The position numbers were made by a program, and so were the translations under genes. Source: the human T2T-CHM13v2.0 reference genome, Homo sapiens. From it: a stretch of DNA of 64,000 bases. The notes beneath the pieces are model-generated. The model had not been told where the DNA came from, made no database searches, and worked only from the letters and a program-made list of their open reading frames with translations. This document shows, one piece after another, positions 59,331 through 64,000 of the stretch (positions are counted from its first letter, which is position 1; each line of letters starts with the position of its first letter). The stretch lies in assembly GCF_009914755.1 (NCBI RefSeq), contig NC_060930.1. One strand, 5' to 3'.

Positions 59331-59934
59331 TAGACTTTATGATATTAAAAAATGGTCCCATATCCTTAACGATAATAATTATGCTTTTATTAATACTATC
59401 TGTTGATAGAAAGGATTACAGTGAAAGCTACTATAAATCCAAAAATAATTATTAAGAAAGCTATATTTTGTTTGTCACAATAGCATTTTTATATATTTAA
59501 AAATGTAGTACATACACAAAAAGCTACTATTCAGTCTAGTTAATATTCTTGATATAATTATGGAAAATTAGAACATTTTTTGTGATAATTCTATACTCGC
59601 TCCTCATCTATATCCATCCCAATCACCCACCAGTGCCTTCAGGAAGGGATGTCAAAAGCATTGGTTGAAATTCTTTGAACTAGAAAATAGCTTTTAAAAC
59701 AAATCTCCATAGATATACTACTTTTCCTCAACTGAAGCTTCAAAATTATTTAACAGTCTTGAATTCAACATGATTATCTCGCTAAGAGGACTGTGAAGTA
59801 TACCAATTATAAGTTGTAAGATAAGAGTGGTGCTAATATTTTTTGATGGTAAGCCAATCTATGAATAAGATTAATATCTTAAAAAAAAACAGAGGAGCTT
59901 AACAAAGACGTAGCCACCACTCCTCACTCAGGTA

Positions 59935-61400
<1,466 letters not shown>

Positions 61401-62150
61401 AAATTGATTAGGAAGAGATTCAGAGTTATGAGGAACATAGAAATGTGGCCAGATAGCATGAAGGGCCAAGTATGTTGATGACTATATTTAATTCATAGTT
61501 ACCAATCTACTCTATTTTTAATTTTTTCAGTAGTAATTAGCTACCTGAAGGTTGAGCTCAAATATCTCTTCAGAGAAGAAATTTTGTGGAAAAACATAGT
61601 ATGTTTTGGTTTGTTTTGATGTACTGATAAAAACATATCAAGGATCTACCATCCTTTTCCAAAGAGCAAGTGTTCAAAAAAGTCATCTCATTGGAGGTAC
61701 CCAGTAAGAAAATGGGCGTTATTTGCTGGCAAAGTGCTTTTCCCTTTAAAATCATTTTGAATTCCCAAGGAAGGAGGAATACTTTGGCAATTCACACATG
61801 GACATAATTCCCTGGCTTGATTAACAATTTTTGTTACCTACCTCTTCCCTATAAGCATTGGAGTATATAATCTATTACCTACAATATAGTTGCCATCACA
61901 TTGTCTTGAGTAAACAGTTAAATGAGGTATAATTCATTGAAAAAAGAAGACATGTCATTAAATAAGTGGATGTTTAACTTCCCAGCATAAATGAATGTAC
62001 TTAAGTAAAGGGATGAGATTATTAATCACATGCCAGATAAATATTATAGATGTTAATAAAAAATAATGACGATAATTTTAGAATAAAATGCAGGCCTTCT
62101 CCATCACTTCACTTTTTGACATTATTTAAATTGTTGGGCAAGTTATCTAT

Positions 62151-62760
62151 TGAGATAGGAAGAATTCTAAGACCACACCAATAACCTATGCTCTTGTATA
62201 ATCAATCCACTTCCCGTGTGAGTGAAACCTAATGAGTGTACTGGGATATCCTTACCATGATTACATTATATAATGTGGTAAAAGACATTTTGAAGATGTA
62301 ATTTAGGCCAGTTGACTTTGAGTTGATAAAAAGATTTTCTCTGGTGGGCCTGACCTAATCAGGTGAGTCTCTTAAAAAATACAGTGAGAGAGATTCTCCT
62401 ACTGGCTTTAATGTAATAAGTTACCATCTTGTGAGAAGGCCATGGCTAGGACTTAGAGGCAGCCTCTAGGAGCTGAAAGCAACCCTAGTCAACAGCCAGG
62501 AAGAAAATAGGGACCTCAGTCCTACATGGCCAAAAAAACTAAATTCTGCAAACAACCTGAATGAGCTTGGAAGAGGAATACAGGCTCCAGTTGAAAATGC
62601 AGGACAGCTTACACTTTGATCTTGGTCTATGAGACTCAGCAAAGAGCCCAGCTGCAGTGTGCCTAGACTTCTGACCTATACAAACCATGATATAATAAAT
62701 GAATGTTGTTTTAAGGCATTGCTTCTGATCATTTGTATGCAGCAATAGAAAATTGATACA
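62151..62760 (+). mobile_element. Solo MLT1E-type MaLR LTR
   Basis: TG...CA; 'ctggtgggcctgacctaatcaggtgag', 'ggcagcctctaggagctg', 'gcagcaatagaaaattgataca'; 5-bp TSD tctat / tgtat. Confidence 0.85.
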
Positions 62761-63806
62761 TGTATTACGTCCACATCCATTTTGTAATGATTAATCCATA
62801 ACATTCTTCCACATGAGAATTATCACTTCTGTTTTCTACTTAGAAATCATTATAGAATATCTGTTAAATTTTAGAAACTAATTTTGATCTCAAGAAAATT
62901 AAGAAGCAATAAAAAATATTCACAGGCCACTTATTCACTTATTTATTTAAAAACATTGTAGGTTTTTTTTTTAAAAAACCTATAGGAACCCATGGGGTCC
63001 TATAAGGAGATGGGAGTGTAGGTGGAAGTGAGAAATGTATAATCTTACAATGTAAGAATAGCTACTTCATCACATAAGCCAACAAAAATGTTGACCATGC
63101 TTTTTAGCACCAAAATGGTAACATCTGGATATATATGAGTGGTAGCAATATAAATGCGCATTCAAATCTTTACATCCTGAAATTAAATATCAGGCTGTAC
63201 TGAGAAGCCAGTCATGGCCATCAGATTTTCATTGCCTATATAGGGTATCAAAAAGTAGTAATTTCAAAGTACTCATCTGGGCTTTTCCAATCACCACTTT
63301 CCTGTGCATCAGAGAACTTTACAGTTTCTAAATGCAACTCAGAAAAACCCTTTTAACTTCTCAGTATAAAAAGGTAGCAGAAATTCTTCACAAATATCAT
63401 ACACTGTGGTAAAATAAACATTCTTAATAACACTTTGGGCTTTTTATATTGCTTCAATAGATAGTAAGCTATTATTAGTTATCTCTGAACTTGTTTGATT
63501 TAGAAATAATTTGATATGTATTTTAAGGAATTATTGGCTTATAGGAACTTCTGAGAAGACAGAAGAATATGTTATGGTTACACCTTTGATTATAGTCCTT
63601 GCAATTGGAAACAGTGTTAAATTGCTGACTTATTACTTAAAATATAAATTATGCATTTTTCTTACACTAGACCTCAGATAGTTATGCAGGGAAGAGAATG
63701 GGGTAGTTTAGAGCAAACCTCATGAACAAACTCTCATTTCTATATAAAGAATAATTACTTATAATAATTACTTTGGAAGTGAGCACCTGGCTTTCTTTCC
63801 AAAATT

Positions 63807-64000
63807 TGTATTAGTCAGCGTTATTTCTCAAAATTTTTATTAGCATTAGTCAGCTTATCTCAATACCCAATATCTCAATGGCTTATGACACCTAGCCTGC
63901 AGGAGCAGTCTCTGTGTGGGACATGTGTATTTTCACAGTAGAGGACAAGAGAAAGGGCTGAGAGAAACCATGCAACAGTATTAAAAGCTTCTGCTCAGAC
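63807..64000 (-). mobile_element. Old MLT1-type LTR fragment running off the window
   Basis: 'tgtattagtcagc...aatatctcaatggctta...aaaccatgcaacagtattaaaagcttctgctcagac'. Confidence 0.5.

Overview
AT-rich, repeat-dense primate genomic DNA (human or great ape, judged from AluY and L1PA2/3 content) with no recognisable host protein-coding exon. It reads as intergenic or deep intronic sequence. Roughly 35-40% is LINE-1: a full-length L1PB1 (-, 22.2-28.7 kb), a 5'-truncated L1PA7/8 (-, 32.3-38.0 kb), a full-length L1PA2/3 (+, 46.9-52.9 kb), a twin-primed 5'-inverted L1PA, and older L1M fragments. There are also about 10 Alu/FLAM pieces, hAT and Tigger DNA transposons, ERV1/ERVL/MaLR LTRs, MIRs and L2s. 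The long ORFs in the track are broken L1 ORF1/ORF2 pieces or repeat-derived noise. I found no convincing new biological system. The best lead is an intact 71-aa antisense L1 ORF0, with both splice donors, in an L1 whose ORF1 and ORF2 are dead, plus a candidate in-frame terminal exon 1.5 kb downstream. Other findings are insertion/repair scars and candidate regulatory motif clusters. Subfamily names and consensus comparisons are from memory and need RepeatMasker/Dfam confirmation. Boundaries of old repeats are approximate.
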